The position numbers and the translations under genes were made by a program. DNA of 64,000 nucleotides, from assembly GCF_032062105.1 (NCBI RefSeq), contig NW_026924102.1, positions 124,001 through 188,000 on the forward strand. The letters are read 5' to 3'. The notes beneath the pieces are model-generated. The model did no database searches. It had not been told where the DNA came from and saw only the letters and a list, made by a program, of their open reading frames with translations. The stretch is from Saccostrea cucullata (Eukaryota). This document shows, piece after piece, positions 45,119 to 61,730 of the stretch (its first letter is position 1; each line of letters opens with the position of its first letter).

Positions 45119-47000
45119 GACAGACGGACGGACAGAGAGACCGAAATTAATATCCCCCACTTTCAACGGGCGACAAAATCCATTGCATTATGAGTGAAAC
45201 GTGTCTAATCTGAACTAAGAAATAAGCTGGATTCGCCAACATTTTGGACTAGAAAACATTTCAAACAATTTAATTTATTGAAAGGGAATTCGTATTAATA
45301 TTTTCTTAGGCAAAATTTCATAATACACAGCATCTGGATGAGAGAAGTTTTACTGTATTTATCAGAAAATTTTTCCTGCTCCATATGGTGTTCAGTAAAC
45401 AAACTAAGTGCACGATTATGACGAGTAAGGATGCCTCTTCCAAAATCCTGAATTTCATTCTCCAGTTCATGGTAAATTTAAAAGTTGTTTGTTTTATTTA
45501 TTTATTCCTTAAGGCTTACATGGCTTATTAAATCACATTATCAATATGCAATTACAAAACAATGAAAAAAAAAATAGTGATCATTCAAATCTTTAAAGTA
45601 AATAAACAAATAAAAATCTGTAAAAGGGGCATTAAACGTGGATCCCTGAAAATTCCATTAAATGAGTGGATAATAATTAAGATTTCTAAAGGAATAGCCT
45701 ATAACATTTTATAGCCATGACAAGGAATCCATTTATAGTCTGACAATTCCGTCGGGTATATTAATTGTAAGCTCACGTAGCTCTCTGATTTAAGATAGAT
45801 AAATCATCTGGGTATTGAAGCAGAGGTCTGCGTGTCGGTCTATAAGGACAATATTAATTAATTTATGAAGACATTAATTAAAACCGGTACGTGCTTAAAA
45901 GTTATCCAGAAAATACCGAAACCATGTCCCCAATCTAGAATGTGAAAAAGAAAAAAGGATTGTTTTTTGGTATAAAATATTGGATTACCATTTTTGTTTT
46001 TTATTTGAATACTAGTAGTTAACATTTCAGCAACAAAGGAACTTACTGAACACAGCAATTGGTAAGTATACGTTAGTTTATGTCATTTTATTTCCATTTA
46101 GAAATTATTTAGTACGTACTCGATTTGTTGGTTTTTCTTCTCAGACACTAAAAGACATATGTGCAACTTCGTTGCATTTGTGTTATAGCATTTGTTTGAC
46201 AATAACACTAATTTTTTCATGCGTGTTAGTGGATGCACCCTCCTCTCTCACTTTGCAACAATGATAAAAGCGAAGATATCTTTTTAAAAAGTGCAATCTC
46301 CTAAATTCTTTAAATAAAACGGACTGAGAACAGAACAAAAACACGAACCCCCTAGAGATGGGATTAGTTGCCCAAGAGGAGTAAGCATCCTTAGGTCATG
46401 TCCACCGAAAGCCTTCTGTGTTGATAAGCCAAGTGGATGATCCATAGTCAAAATTAACAAAGACAATGTGGCCTTACAACTGATATGAAATCTGTTAGCC
46501 TTAATTTGGCTCAAGAAAGTTTGTATTTGCAAGAAAGTTCATGATGCGATCATAGAATTTGCGAAAATTTTGTTACGCCAAATTGTGTTTCTCTTATTAT
46601 CTTCTTTGGTTTAAAAAAACTGATCAAGAGATGGATTTATTTAAACACGAGGATTGACCAAAATTATAATTAATTCTGAAAAGTGTCAGACTTAATATGA
46701 ATTATTCAAATTCATGAATGAATACTCAGTAAGCATTACTATTTTTACATAATTATTAAATATTGACAAATATAAACTTGCAGGGGAGGGAGATAAGCGT
46801 AAAGACGTATTGTTGCCGTATTGCATCACGCACTACGTATAATCCAAATGATTATATATTGCTAATTGAAAATAGCTATTTGATAAACAAAAATGAATTC
46901 ATGAAAATATCATGTAATGTTTTTATTGTGTTTTAGTACAGTGAAAAATCTACTGTTTGCTGAACTCAATGACTTAATTGTGATCATCTTGAATGAATGG

Positions 47001-47990
47001 ATGGCAACGATGATACATTTAATTAATGAGACAAAAGAGGGGGAATTTGGAAACTGGACGAACAGTTCCACAGTGGAGGAACCGACCATTTACTTCACGA
47101 ACAAAATCTCAATGATTGTTGGAATCCCGACATTCTTAGAAAATATTCTTGCTGTAGCCGTTTTACTGAGGTGTCGTAACATGATAAGCCAAATCCGGAC
47201 TCTACTCTTAAATCTCTCCATCGCAGACTGCCTGACCGGGTTGGTTTTAGCACTTCCGGACTACGCCTACGAGTGGGCATTTCATTGCAGAATCAAGAAA
47301 TATTTGGCGGCTACCATTGTGTTCGCTACCTTTTATACTATTTCGCTTCTGAACCTCGACAGATGTCTCGCTCTCTTCCTTGGAATAAGGTATTACATAA
47401 AAGTGACGGCATTCAGAGTTAGATTTTCTTGTGTGTCCGCATGGTTTCTTGCATTTGGAAATTCATACTTAATGTACTACGACCCGACGGAGCCAACAGG
47501 AATATACTGTTCAATGATGTATTGGTCACCTTATAATTTTGGCACCGCAATCTCTAGTGCATCGATAATACTTTTTGCTATTATTAACATTGTGCTCCTA
47601 GGAGTTATGCTGTACATGGTACCCAAGGATGCCACCAGCAAAGTTCTCTCTAAAATGGCGTTAATAACGGGTTTTGCGTTGGTTTGTTACACCCCGGCTT
47701 TATTGCTCCACGCTTTCTTTCCTATGAAAGACAGTCACTATCGTCGACTCATAGCCTACACAGGAGTTCTACTGTTTTCTAACAGTATATTAAATCCCAT
47801 CCTGTATGTGTGGAGATTCAAAGAAACCCGGTACTACGTCATCAAAACGTTTTGTTTTTGGAACAAAAGGTATCTCCAAAAGTGTGACGAAGAGTGGAAA
47901 TTCCAGACAGCAACGTTTGCCATTTGTCAATCCGTTCCTGTGCATTGTGATAGGAATAGAAATTCAGAAGCAAACGTAAACCAAAATTAA
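47001..47990 (+). CDS. Intronless class A (rhodopsin-like) orphan GPCR
   Basis: Seven hydrophobic segments; EN (TM1), NLSIAD (TM2), DRC (TM3), CYTP (TM6), NSILNPILY (TM7); N-terminal sequons NET, NWT, NSS. Confidence 0.92.
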   Translation: MATMIHLINETKEGEFGNWTNSSTVEEPTIYFTNKISMIVGIPTFLENILAVAVLLRCRNMISQIRTLLLNLSIADCLTGLVLALPDYAYEWAFHCRIKKYLAATIVFATFYTISLLNLDRCLALFLGIRYYIKVTAFRVRFSCVSAWFLAFGNSYLMYYDPTEPTGIYCSMMYWSPYNFGTAISSASIILFAIINIVLLGVMLYMVPKDATSKVLSKMALITGFALVCYTPALLLHAFFPMKDSHYRRLIAYTGVLLFSNSILNPILYVWRFKETRYYVIKTFCFWNKRYLQKCDEEWKFQTATFAICQSVPVHCDRNRNSEANVNQN

Positions 47991-49159
47991 TGTTTGTACA
48001 AATTTCTCTCCTGGAGTGAATTGATTTTTTAAAAAAATGATTTTTATTGAAAATATTTTTGTTAGAGATTCCAGCTACATATGTAATTATCCCCTCGCAA
48101 TGGAATTGGAAGGGTTGTACTACATAACGCAATCGTGTACTTGTGTTTGTTTGTAGGTGTGTTATGTATGGTCGGCAGCACTGAGAAAAGGCAAAAATTA
48201 TCATAATGAGAAAACGACCAATTATTCATTAAAAAAACTTAACAAATGACATTCGAAGCATAATCAACAGACCTGTTCGCAAAACAAATACACATAAAAA
48301 CAAAACCAACGGCCGTGTACTCTCTAGATCAGAAACAAAATTTTAATTACATTACCTGCGGCTCTTTGACAAAAAAAAATCTCGATTAAGAAATGGAATA
48401 ATACAAAGATTTCATGAAGAAAACGCGAAAATCATTTCCACGAAAGATAAATGTTCGAAGAATATTCTACGTGTACTGTTGTACAACATAAACACACGCG
48501 GACAATGACTCAGGTCTTTGACTGATTTTGGATATTATCACTTGCGTGGGTTCTATAGTACATGTACATATTACTGTAGAAAATAGAAATCTAAAGTGCG
48601 ATGATGTAAGGAATTTAGTAAATTAATGGTTGCATTCTGTTAATATCAGTTCATTTTTTACTTGTCCACAAAATACGTGGTCGGGAAGCATTCAAGTCCT
48701 CACTCTTAATGGAAGGCCGTAGGACCGGGGCGGGTGGGTGGAGGTATTTAGTTTTATCTCAATATATATAGAATACAATAAAAAGGTTTTAGCATACATG
48801 TAACTATTATATGCTTATGCCCCCTACGATTTTTTTTTGCTTGTCCGATATATTTTGAATTTTTGGTAGTCCCTCCAAACTAAAAATGTTTGGTCGTAAC
48901 AAACCCCAGCCCCTTAGAAAATAGCTTCCTACAGGCCAATGTATGCTTATGGAGCAGGTAAGATTAGTTCTCACCTGTAAAGTTTGGGGGGGGGGGGATC
49001 GGAAAGAATATAACACCCACATAAGGATGTCAGAAAAGATATACTCCTTACATATACATAAAAAATTCCGGCTTAAATCGAAATGCATGTAATGCTCACT
49101 AAAAAGGCAGTACACAAAACTTTAATTCGTATAAGATGAATTCGAGACGAAACCAATAG

Positions 49160-51437
<2,278 letters not shown>

Positions 51438-52189
51438 AATTCATTCAGAACAATTATTATTCTGAATTATCTGTTAATTCACCGATCTACGCCCCCAAGT
51501 CTTTCTATAAGACAACTGAGTTCATGCAAGAACACTCTGCTTAACAAGAAATATCAGATCAAAGGGTTGGTTTAACGAAAAATTACTCACGGATTTATCC
51601 GTACGGAATATAATCTTTTTTTATTTGTTTGTTTACAAATTGTCCTTAAGCATTAATAAAGCTCTCCCCTCGGAAATAGTAATAATACATGAATCTGATA
51701 GTGTTTTTATGGATATTAAGAACAATAATTATTTACGCTCTATAATGACAAGCTATCAACGTGCTGAATGGGGAACTTAAATTCTTAAGTGGGTATACAT
51801 TGATGGTAGAATATTAATACTAATGAAGCTTTAGTTCAGATAGGCCATCTTGAAAATTTATTTCCATCTCTTAAAGTAAGTCTAAGAGCATTTGTCATTT
51901 TCTATAAATAGAACAGTACAGGTTGTATATGATAGTAATTCTTGCTTCAGACTAATTGAGTTTTGCAGAATAAAAAAAAATGTCAATTAATATCCATCGA
52001 ATTCGACAGATGTAAAAGTAACATTAAATCAGAAATAATAGAGCATTTCCTTAGCGGCTATGTTTGAAGTAATCCACTTTAAACAATCTAATAAAAATGA
52101 CATGTGATTTATACACTGATGTTATTTATGAATAAAAAGAGAAAAAACAGGAGATGAAGAACCATATTAAAGTTAAAAAGTCCATTTAA

Positions 52190-52600
52190 AAAATACACAA
52201 ATCGGAAACAGGGCAAGCCAGACCTCTAACATTAGAGATGAGATCAGGTGCCATGGAGGAGTGAGCATCCCCTTTAGACAAGTCACATCTGCCGTGTGTT
52301 CCGTGTCATGATGGAGAAAACAAAAACATCATAGGCAATACCGTGTGTAAATAATGACCTTATGATTAGTAATAGAAACACTGTTCATCAATCGACTTCA
52401 TAATAGATTGTATTGTAATACTGACAAGATCATTGTATCGACCATAGATTTTGCAAAATTGTGACTTGAAAGAAGACAGTTGATACTTTGTTTCATCAAC
52501 TTGTTTGTCAATAGCTTGCCTCATTTAAGAAACTGCTCCAACTTAGAGCATGCTCTTTTATATTAATTAACAGAAATCAATGAACTGAAATGCATATGAC
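52190..52600 (-). pseudogene. Degenerate 3' fragment of the same Penelope-like family
   Basis: Reverse-complement similarity to 28640-29010. Confidence 0.6.
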
Positions 52601-53425
52601 ACAACCACTTGTTGGTGGAGAGCTAGAAAGAGTGTGTAGAAATTAAGATTCATTTTCTTTATTTATCTTTAACAATAACAACCTTGGAATATTCTGAATC
52701 AATGATTAAATTTACTATTCATCCAAGATTTGACAACAAAAGCACATTTTACTTTTAAAAATTATGAAATTAATATGAATTTATGATTCAATATAAATAA
52801 AATTCAAAAACAAGGACAATGACACATCTTATCCCAAAATAAATCATTAACCAAAAAAGTCTCCATGTACGAGTTACACACACTGGAGCCCCCCCCCCCC
52901 CAAAATATCCAACATAAGGATAAGAAATTATTATTTCACAAATCATACAAAAAATTGTGTACTTAAAATAATATTCAATTAAAGAAAAGGATAAAAAAAA
53001 AGTTCATAGACACCAATAGTTTATAAGGTTCCTCATTCATATATCTCCATATATTTCAATCAAAGTCTATATCAAACTTTATATATGCACTGAAAAATCT
53101 TCCAAGGATTATGATAGGACAATAGGACATAGTTTTCTTAAAGTCAGTTGTTTTCTATCCCCCCTTTCCCCTTGTCATTAGTGATGCAATAGAAAATACA
53201 CAGGAAGAAATATAAAAATCATAATCAATTGAGACAACAAATTATTGTATAATGATTCAAAACAACTTATTTTTCAGCTTCTAACTACAATAAATATATT
53301 TCACGTGTATTTAAAAGCAAAAATAACATACATGAACCAAGCAATTTAGACTGGTATAAAAATTGTACATTGTACCTTTGGCAATATACAGTGTAAAAAA
53401 AATTCTACTAAATATTGATAGTATT

Positions 53426-53905
53426 TATGGAATCCGGATAGGGCCACGCACTTCACTATCGCACCATCGAGCATCAACTTAAAGGTCGATGGCGCGATAA
53501 TGCGATGGCGCGATAACGATGAAACGGTGGTGCGATAACGATGAAGCGATGATGCGATAGCGCGATGACGATGATGCTATGGCGCGATAATGCGATGGCG
53601 ATGGTGCGATAACACGATTGAGCGATAGTGAATATCGCTTCATCGTCATCGTACTATCGCACCATCGTCATCGCATCATCGTGTCATCACTATCGCACCA
53701 TCGCGTCATCGTACCATCGCGTCGCATCGCATCATCGCATTGTCGCGCCATAGCATCATCGTCATCGCGCTATCGCACCATCACTTCATCGCTATCGCAC
53801 CATCGCCTCATCGTCATCGCATTATCTCTTCATCGCACTATCGACCTAAACCTCGATGGTGCGATGATGCGATAGTGAACTGCGTGGCCCTATCCGGATT
53901 CCATA
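53426..53905. mobile_element. Foldback MITE with TATGG termini and 6-bp TSD AGTATT (IS3EU-type)
   Basis: TATGGAATCCGGATAGGGCCACGCA and its inverse; internal (CGAT)/(ATCG) tracts; TSD at 53420-53425 and 53906-53911. Confidence 0.82.
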
Positions 53906-54109
53906 AGTATTAGATGCTCCCACTAGTTACATAATGATGCACATTAAAGGAATGACCCTGTTGCTTAAACAGTGGTCCAGATTTTCCTCTACATTGACAA
54001 ATATGAGGTGGGCTGACCATTATCTTTTACAAAGGAAAGACTGTCAATTTCTGTCAACTTACAGCTGAAAGAACTTTTTTCCTTTACACATGCCAGTTTT
54101 TAGTTCCTT

Positions 54110-54322
54110 AATGCTGGTCATCACAAAGAAGGAATGACCAATCACTGACCATCACACAGTTAGAATGACCAATCACTGACCCTCACACAGTTAGAGTGAC
54201 CAATCACTGACCATTACATAGTCAGAATGACCAATCACTGACCATCACACAGAGGGAATGACCACTGACCATCACACAGTCAAACTGACCAATCACTGAC
54301 CATCACACGGAGGGAATGACCA
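54110..54322. repeat. Minisatellite of about 31 bp spanning the BRCA1 stop codon and 3'UTR
   Basis: TGACCAATCACTGACCATCACACAG repeated 6-7 times. Confidence 0.9.
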
Positions 54323-57300
54323 TTCCTTTGACTGAGGTTAGAACATATTCACTGAGTGGTTGTAGGTTATATACAGTCAGAGAGTCCAACAACCATTCTC
54401 TGGAAACCGTCACAGCTCCATATCTTCTGTACAGCCCTACAAACAAACAAACTACAGTCGTACAAATAAACTACAACCCCACAAACAAACTACAGCTTTA
54501 CAAACAAACTACAGCCCCTACAAACAAACAAACAACTTACAGCCCTACAAACAAACAAAGGATTGAAATAAAAATTTAAAACAAAACTTCTTTACAGTAA
54601 ACAGCTTTTTTTTCAGACTTCAATTACATTGTGCATAATTATAGATTATGAAGATATAAAAGGCTACGACTTGAAAGAAGTTCATACTAAATGAAAAACC
54701 ACACTAGATACTTTTTGTCTGAAAATATTACCTTTAAATTTTTGTTAGAAAGATGACATGAAATGATAACAATATTAAGGACAACACGACTTACGATTAA
54801 ACAGGATGACTTCCTGTGAGGGGGCAGTTTCCTGACTGTCCTCTAGGGCAGCACATGTGATGATTATACAGAGACCGTCACGGTCGAATTCCTCGGGCTC
54901 CTGGATGACACATCCCCCACAAGTCTCTATCAGGTCCCTTATGTCATCTAAAACACGGAAAAGTTAACAATTATCTAATATTGCCTCAAATTTTTTTTCC
55001 AGGTCTTTTGCATCATCTACACCTCAAGAGAATGTAATAATATGTTTTGAAAAAATTTGGTAAAACCTTGTTAAGGTCAAGATCTAGTAAATGAAGGGTG
55101 CCTACAGATTTTTCAAATTTAAGAAATTAATTCCGTTAATGAAGCTTTATAACATTAGCTTGGTCAAAATAGGTGTTTCGGGGCATAATTTGTAGAAAAA
55201 CAAGATGAAAAACCATATTTTATACTGTCATTTTCAATGAAAAATAAAGAAAACTAGTGTTGAAAATGGGAGTTTTTTCCATATCAGACAAAGAAAATAT
55301 CCAGATTGCCTACAGTTTTTCAGAAAACGGAAATTTGTATGTTCTTAGTCTGTGCTTTAAAATAATGTCAAATTTAAGATAGGTATCGGGACTACTGTTC
55401 AAGTGATTTCAAATTGAATTCCATGAAATAGTTTATTTTCTACATAATTCTATTACAGCCGTAAAGTACGGGAAAAAGAAAGTTGAAAGTGATTATGACG
55501 TCATAATGGATTTATCACTGAAACATTTTTCTAAAGTCATTTACTAGATCTTGACCTTAAATTCAACTAGATGACACCAAGAAAAAAATTGAGATATCTG
55601 AGGATTCAAGATATCGGGGGTGAAACATTGATGAAAAGAGATGTTTGTGAAACACTTATGCCCTTCTCCCCCTCTCCATCCGGACAAGGGGCATAACTCT
55701 GTCAAAATTTGCTCAATCAGATTTAAAACAGAACTTGACCTAGTAGATATTCTTTTGATAAATCTGAATACCAAATTTCATTTCAGTATTTGCAACCTCT
55801 GGAAAGAAAATGAATGGAAACTGTTGGTAAACAGACAGGCAGACTGACTCACAGCAGCAAAGCAATATGCCCTCACTTCTTCAAAGGGATTGAGGCATGA
55901 TAAGTGATTGGGACTTCTAAATATTAGTAAGATATCAGTGCTAGAGGTACCAAAGTTATGTATATGTATACATAATTACAAAAGCTGACTAGCAACTTCC
56001 TTGTTTTTATATGTACCTGAACTAAGTCCTTGGCTGGATCCGATGATGTGGAACTGGATTCCATTCAGAATCCCTGGATCAGTGGGACTCTGGGTCCTGG
56101 ATTTCCGTGGTCCGTAGTGATGCTCATTCGTCACGGTATCTCCACTGATTTCATACGGACCCTGTGGATTATAAACACACACAATGTAAATTATTACATA
56201 GTTATGTTCAACTTGGTAACTGTGTATTTCTTCCTTTATTATCACATAGTAATGGTTAGGGGAAAATGAGGCATTAAGAAAAGTTTTCAAGTTTCTTGAT
56301 AAACAGTCTAGAGATCTAAAGGCAGCCAGCATTCTGTGAGAAATTACATACAATCTTTAACATGTTTAAGACAATTTACTGTGAAATCACATATATTCAT
56401 GGGTTCAAATATTCAAGGTTTGAAGAAAAGATTCTGGCTTGGGGGATTTTATTTCACAGTTTTTGAAGTGTTGAGTAGGTGTATACACAATGCATACAAA
56501 ATTTTACATTTTATGGTGAACATGAATTCATGAGTCTTGTCATGCCTCCAAACCATCATAAATTTTAAAAACCCTCACACAAATTAACTATTTCATTTAT
56601 ACATTTTTTCTTTTATACAGTATTTTTAAGCACCAACACATAAGGCCATGAAATAAAATTCCTAGATTCTCATCCGAATTTTTTGAGAAATTGAGGCAGG
56701 CGGGCGGCTTTTATTTTATATTTTTTAACTTTTCCATTTTGCAGATTTTTTATTGACCTGGTCAATCAGTGCAGATTTATCTATAATACCCGAATAAAAG
56801 TCACAGTAGTGATCCATTGATCTCTTCACATCATCACCAATCTTTCACAACCAATGACCCTTGTTTAATACATATTGCAGCAATTACCATCTCAGCTGTC
56901 AAAATCATGCTGACATTTGCGGGATTTAAAACAGAAGTTGAGTGGAAGTTGAATACTGATCCCAATCAGAATTAAGACGAAGAAAAACAGAAATAAAAAA
57001 GTCGAGGTGGGGGTAAAAAATTGGAGCGGGCGGGGATGAGAATCTAGGAATATTTTTAATATGGTCTAACATGACCTTTTTAATCATGAAAACATACCTC
57101 TTCCAGTAGCCTCCCCTTGGCCACACTGTCTGTCACCCACTGGTAATCCAGGATCCAGCACTTATAGGCCAGGGCCTGGAAAAACTTGAGGGTCCTCTCA
57201 CACATCCGACTCCCCGGGGGGACTACAAGGACAGAAAATAAAATCAAAGATTACAGGACTTACATTCATAAAAATCTATATATACTGTATTAAGCATTTG

Positions 57301-60300
57301 GCTGTCTTAATAAGACATACATCATTGCATGAAATATATCTTCATAAATCAAAGTCATAAAACAACGCACACACAATGCCACCGTTTTTGAGGTCTGAAT
57401 CTCCCTATTTTTCATCACAATAGGTTAACATGTATGGTCTTATTTACATATATTCATATAAAGCACATCCAGTAAGCACTAATTCAAATCTACGCTATCT
57501 TGCTAAAAATCAATTTTTACATGAATTGATAAATTCCCTATGATAATGAAGTGTATGTGAGATGTACTGACTACAAGAGTTATTTACTATAAGAGTTATA
57601 TTGATAAAATACATAAATATACCTGTTTTCACTATGAGATGAGTGGTGTAGGGAGAAAACTTGGGGTGAAATTTACAGTCATGACTCTGGACCAATCGAC
57701 GAAGCTCATTCTGAAGAAAAAATAATAAACATAATGTCAAATAACTGTGTTTCAATCTATCAATAAGATTAACTTTGTTTTAAAATGCATCATGATGTTA
57801 TGTTATTTGCTTTTTATCATAGAAAAACTATGCATTCTGCATCATGAAATTTACCCACGGCTAAAGTCAGGTGTACAGAAATTTACACTCGACTTGCTAA
57901 CCAATCAAATCTTGTGTTACAAGCTAGATATGAAAATGTTTATTTACATACCAGCTGACCGAGAGGAAGTCCTGAGGCTATGAAGACTTTACTCTGATGG
58001 TCCTCTTTAGGTGATCTTTGTACCGCTGGGCTCGGAACGTTTACACTGGGGGCTGTGTAGACTTCAGTTTGGGGTGTTCCAAGAAGTTCCCTGGGAGTCA
58101 GGACTGGAGACAGGAATGAAAGAGTATTTTTTCGTCCCCCTTGAGGTTTCTTGATTTTGGATACTGGAGTAGAATGGTAGAGGTCTTTTAATCTAGCCAT
58201 GGAAGTTTTACCAGGTTTTTGGCTTTGAGGAGATTCCTGTATCACTGATGGTTCTTTGATATCAGTCAAATTGTCCCTCTTGGAGTTTATACCCGAATTC
58301 TTTGATTTCTGATTGGATCTTATGATATCCCCGGCCTCATTTTCACTCCTTCCCTTCGCCTCACCCTCTTCCGACAATCTCTCTTCACAATTTTCTTCTG
58401 TAATGAATTTCCCTTCAGATGTTTTCTCCTCACTTCGGAGCTCTTTCAGGAATTCTTCAGTTTCTTTGAAATTTTCAGTGAGATCCACCCCCGCTGTAGA
58501 TAGAGGGCGGGGATCATTAGGGGGTGGGGAGGGAGGGGCAGGACTGAGAAATAGGTCACTGCTGTCATCCGAGTCACAGCCTTCAATGTCATCAGCCATT
58601 TTGGACACAGTATTCTGGGATTGTTGAACAGAATCCCCTTCAGATTCTTCAGTTTGTAATTCTACAAATTCAAAAATTTGCATTATTACTCTTGCTATCT
58701 CTGATATATATTATCTTACTTCTAACAAGTTTAAGACCTATATTAGGTTGGTAAAGTCACAAATATTTGTCATGCACGAATAAAAGTTGGTTTATAATAC
58801 TGTAGAAGAAGAAATTTTTTGCGAGACAAAAATTAAGCGATTTCTCCATAAAAATTGGTATTTTGATTTTAGGGATAAGTAATTTAAAAGATTTTAAAAT
58901 GCTCACAAAAGAAGCTATTACAAATAAAATGCAATTAATTTTTAGTGATATACAATTTAACAAAAATGAGAAATAACGCCAAAAAATGCTTTGAATCCTC
59001 TAAAGCCTTGCGCACGGAAAAAATGCCATATGTTACCCAAAAACTTGTCAAAAACGGCAAAAATGTCTTGTCATCACCTCTTAAATATTCTGAATATGGC
59101 TCCTCAGCTGCCTCTTAATTTGACATATCATATGAATTTTGCACAAATTATGTTCTATATATTTTAACAAAATATTTTTAGTTTAGAAGATAAAAAGCAA
59201 AATATGAGTAATTTTTGGCTCCTTTAAGCATTCTAATTTTTGACCCCTATATAGCACCATTTTGAATAGAGAAACAGAAAAGCAAAAACCGATGTGCACA
59301 AAAAATAAAATCAAAACATTGACATTTTTTAAAAGTTAACCAAAACCGGAAGTGACTTTTTGAAATTGTTAACAAGGATTTCCAAAATGGAGGATAAATA
59401 AATATAATTGAAATAAGAAAAGGATGCATGGTAGAACCTTCATTTCACTTACTCCTCATCATGATTTTTTAATACTGAAATCACTATTCATTCATGAGAA
59501 AGGTAATAATTTGGTTAATTATATGAGACGGCCTGCTTGCGAAAATTCCATTCTTGCATAAAAATTCTATTATTATTGATTGTGCAGAGAAATAACCAGA
59601 ATTAACCAAATTAGTGAAAATTTTGTCTGCTATTAAAATACCAAACATCAGTCTTGTAAAGAATAACCATGATATCAAAAATTAAGTTATCAACACTGAA
59701 CAGCATTTTTTTTTCACAAGGTAAATATTTTTCATAAATATCCTCAACTTACTCTTTGAGGTTTTTACTTTGGTTTCCTTTAGATATCCGTGATTCAATT
59801 TCAGCCATTTCTTTCTTCATTCTTTCCAATTCTTGTTGTAGCAAGATCTGATTCTACATTAAATATATAGAGTAGGTAGAAATTACATTTTTATATAATC
59901 TCCATATTTTTTTTTTTTACATTAAGCTATGGCAGTCTTTGTTCACACACCAGCTAAGTGATTTTGAATTCCAATATACATGTACACTACCTAACCTAAG
60001 TTAAAAGCATAACAGACTTTAATAGCAACATAATTTGTTATATACAAGTGTATGGCACATCTTGATAATAAATTTTTCAAATTACTTTAGACAAAATTTC
60101 TTTGCTTTAACAAGAAACTGAACCTGTTTTTGATACTGTGAGTTTACATGTATACCTGAGTGTTGTAGATATCGTGACTCGTGAGTTTATACCTGAGTGT
60201 TGTAGATATCATGAGTTTATACCTGAGTGATGTAGATATCATGAGTTTATACCTGAGTGTTGTAGAAATTGTGAGTTTTTACCTGAATATTGTAGAATTC

Positions 60301-61008
60301 GTGAATTTATACCTGAGTATTTTAGAATTCGTGAGTTTATACCTGAGTATTGTAGAACTCTTGAGTTTATACCTGAGTATTGCAGAATTTGTGAGTTTAT
60401 ACCTGAGTATTGTAGAATTTGTGAGTTTATACCTGAGTATTACAGAAATAACGTGTTTTTACCTGAGTGTTGTAGCCCTCACTCTGGCTGGAGAAGGCTG
60501 AAGATGAGGTCAGGTTCATCTGGCGACTTACAAGGCTCTCTTGTGAAGAATCTACAGCAATAAACAATTCAAAAATTATGTGTTCAGTAAATACTGTGGA
60601 ATTGTCAATGTTTGTTGGGGGGTAAATGTTTGTGGATTTCATGGGTCACCCTTAACTATGAATTTACATATGAATTGAATTGTTTATTTTGTAAACGTAT
60701 TGATTCATTAAATCAAGTTATCCATACTTTAGTCTCCATAAACAAATTAAAGTTTGTTTACCCACAATCATTGAACCCCCCCCCTAAAATAATTCCACAG
60801 TAATTTATCTAGGTTAATGGAAAGTATTTTTAGAATGATCAAATCGAAATTACAAGTCATACTACCAGAATCATCCTCATCATTCAAATTAATGGACGGT
60901 TTAGATTTCTTGTCCTCTGTCACATCATTTTCTTCCTCATCATCTGATATTATCACAGCTGTCTTTTTCTTCTTCCTTCCAATACTTTCCTTCTCTTCAT
61001 TATCATTG

Positions 61009-61044
<36 letters not shown>

Positions 61045-61691
61045 GATATCACAACCTTCTTCTTTGTCTGTCTTTGAGTCAATTCATCAGCACTGTCATC
61101 ATCATCATCAGATAACACAACCTTCTTTGTCTGTCTTTGAGTCAACTCAACATCACTGTCATCATCATCAGATATCACAACCTTCTTCTTTGCCTTTCTC
61201 CGTCTATGAATCAACACATCATCATTTTCATCATCACTAAGTTCAACAAAGTTCTTCATAATTTCATCTTCCTCACTCCTCTTCTTGGCATGGATTCCCA
61301 TTCTTTTTGATTTTGTATCCCGCTGATATGACGGTACTTTTCCCTCCCAAACTTGCACAAAATCTACACTAGCCTTCTGAGGACTATCCTCAGGGCCCAT
61401 GTCCTCTGGCTTTATTATGTCCTCAGAGAGCAGCTCAAAACCACTGGAATAACTATCATAGGAATCCTCTTCCTTTTGTGGAACGGCTTCTTTTAAGGAC
61501 TTGATGACACATCCAGATGGTCTTTCCTATTAAGGAGGAAAAAACTGACTGATATATATAAGGTTCACAGTTTATATTTCAATGAGTAGTTTTCTCTATG
61601 TAGGAATAAACATTGTACAAAAAAAGTTATATTTTGGATTGATCAATCTAACCTTCATCAAAATTCATTCACAAAACAGCAGAGGCCTAGT

Positions 61692-61730
<39 letters not shown>

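Noticed and set aside
46917-47000. N-terminal extension of the GPCR ORF
   Set aside because: Starts inside a polypyrimidine tract and acceptor (TTTTAG at about 46937); likely intron plus 5'UTR
60181-60501. 106-aa hydrophobic repeat ORF on + strand
   Set aside because: Antisense reading of the 30-bp intronic minisatellite; no ATG context or other support
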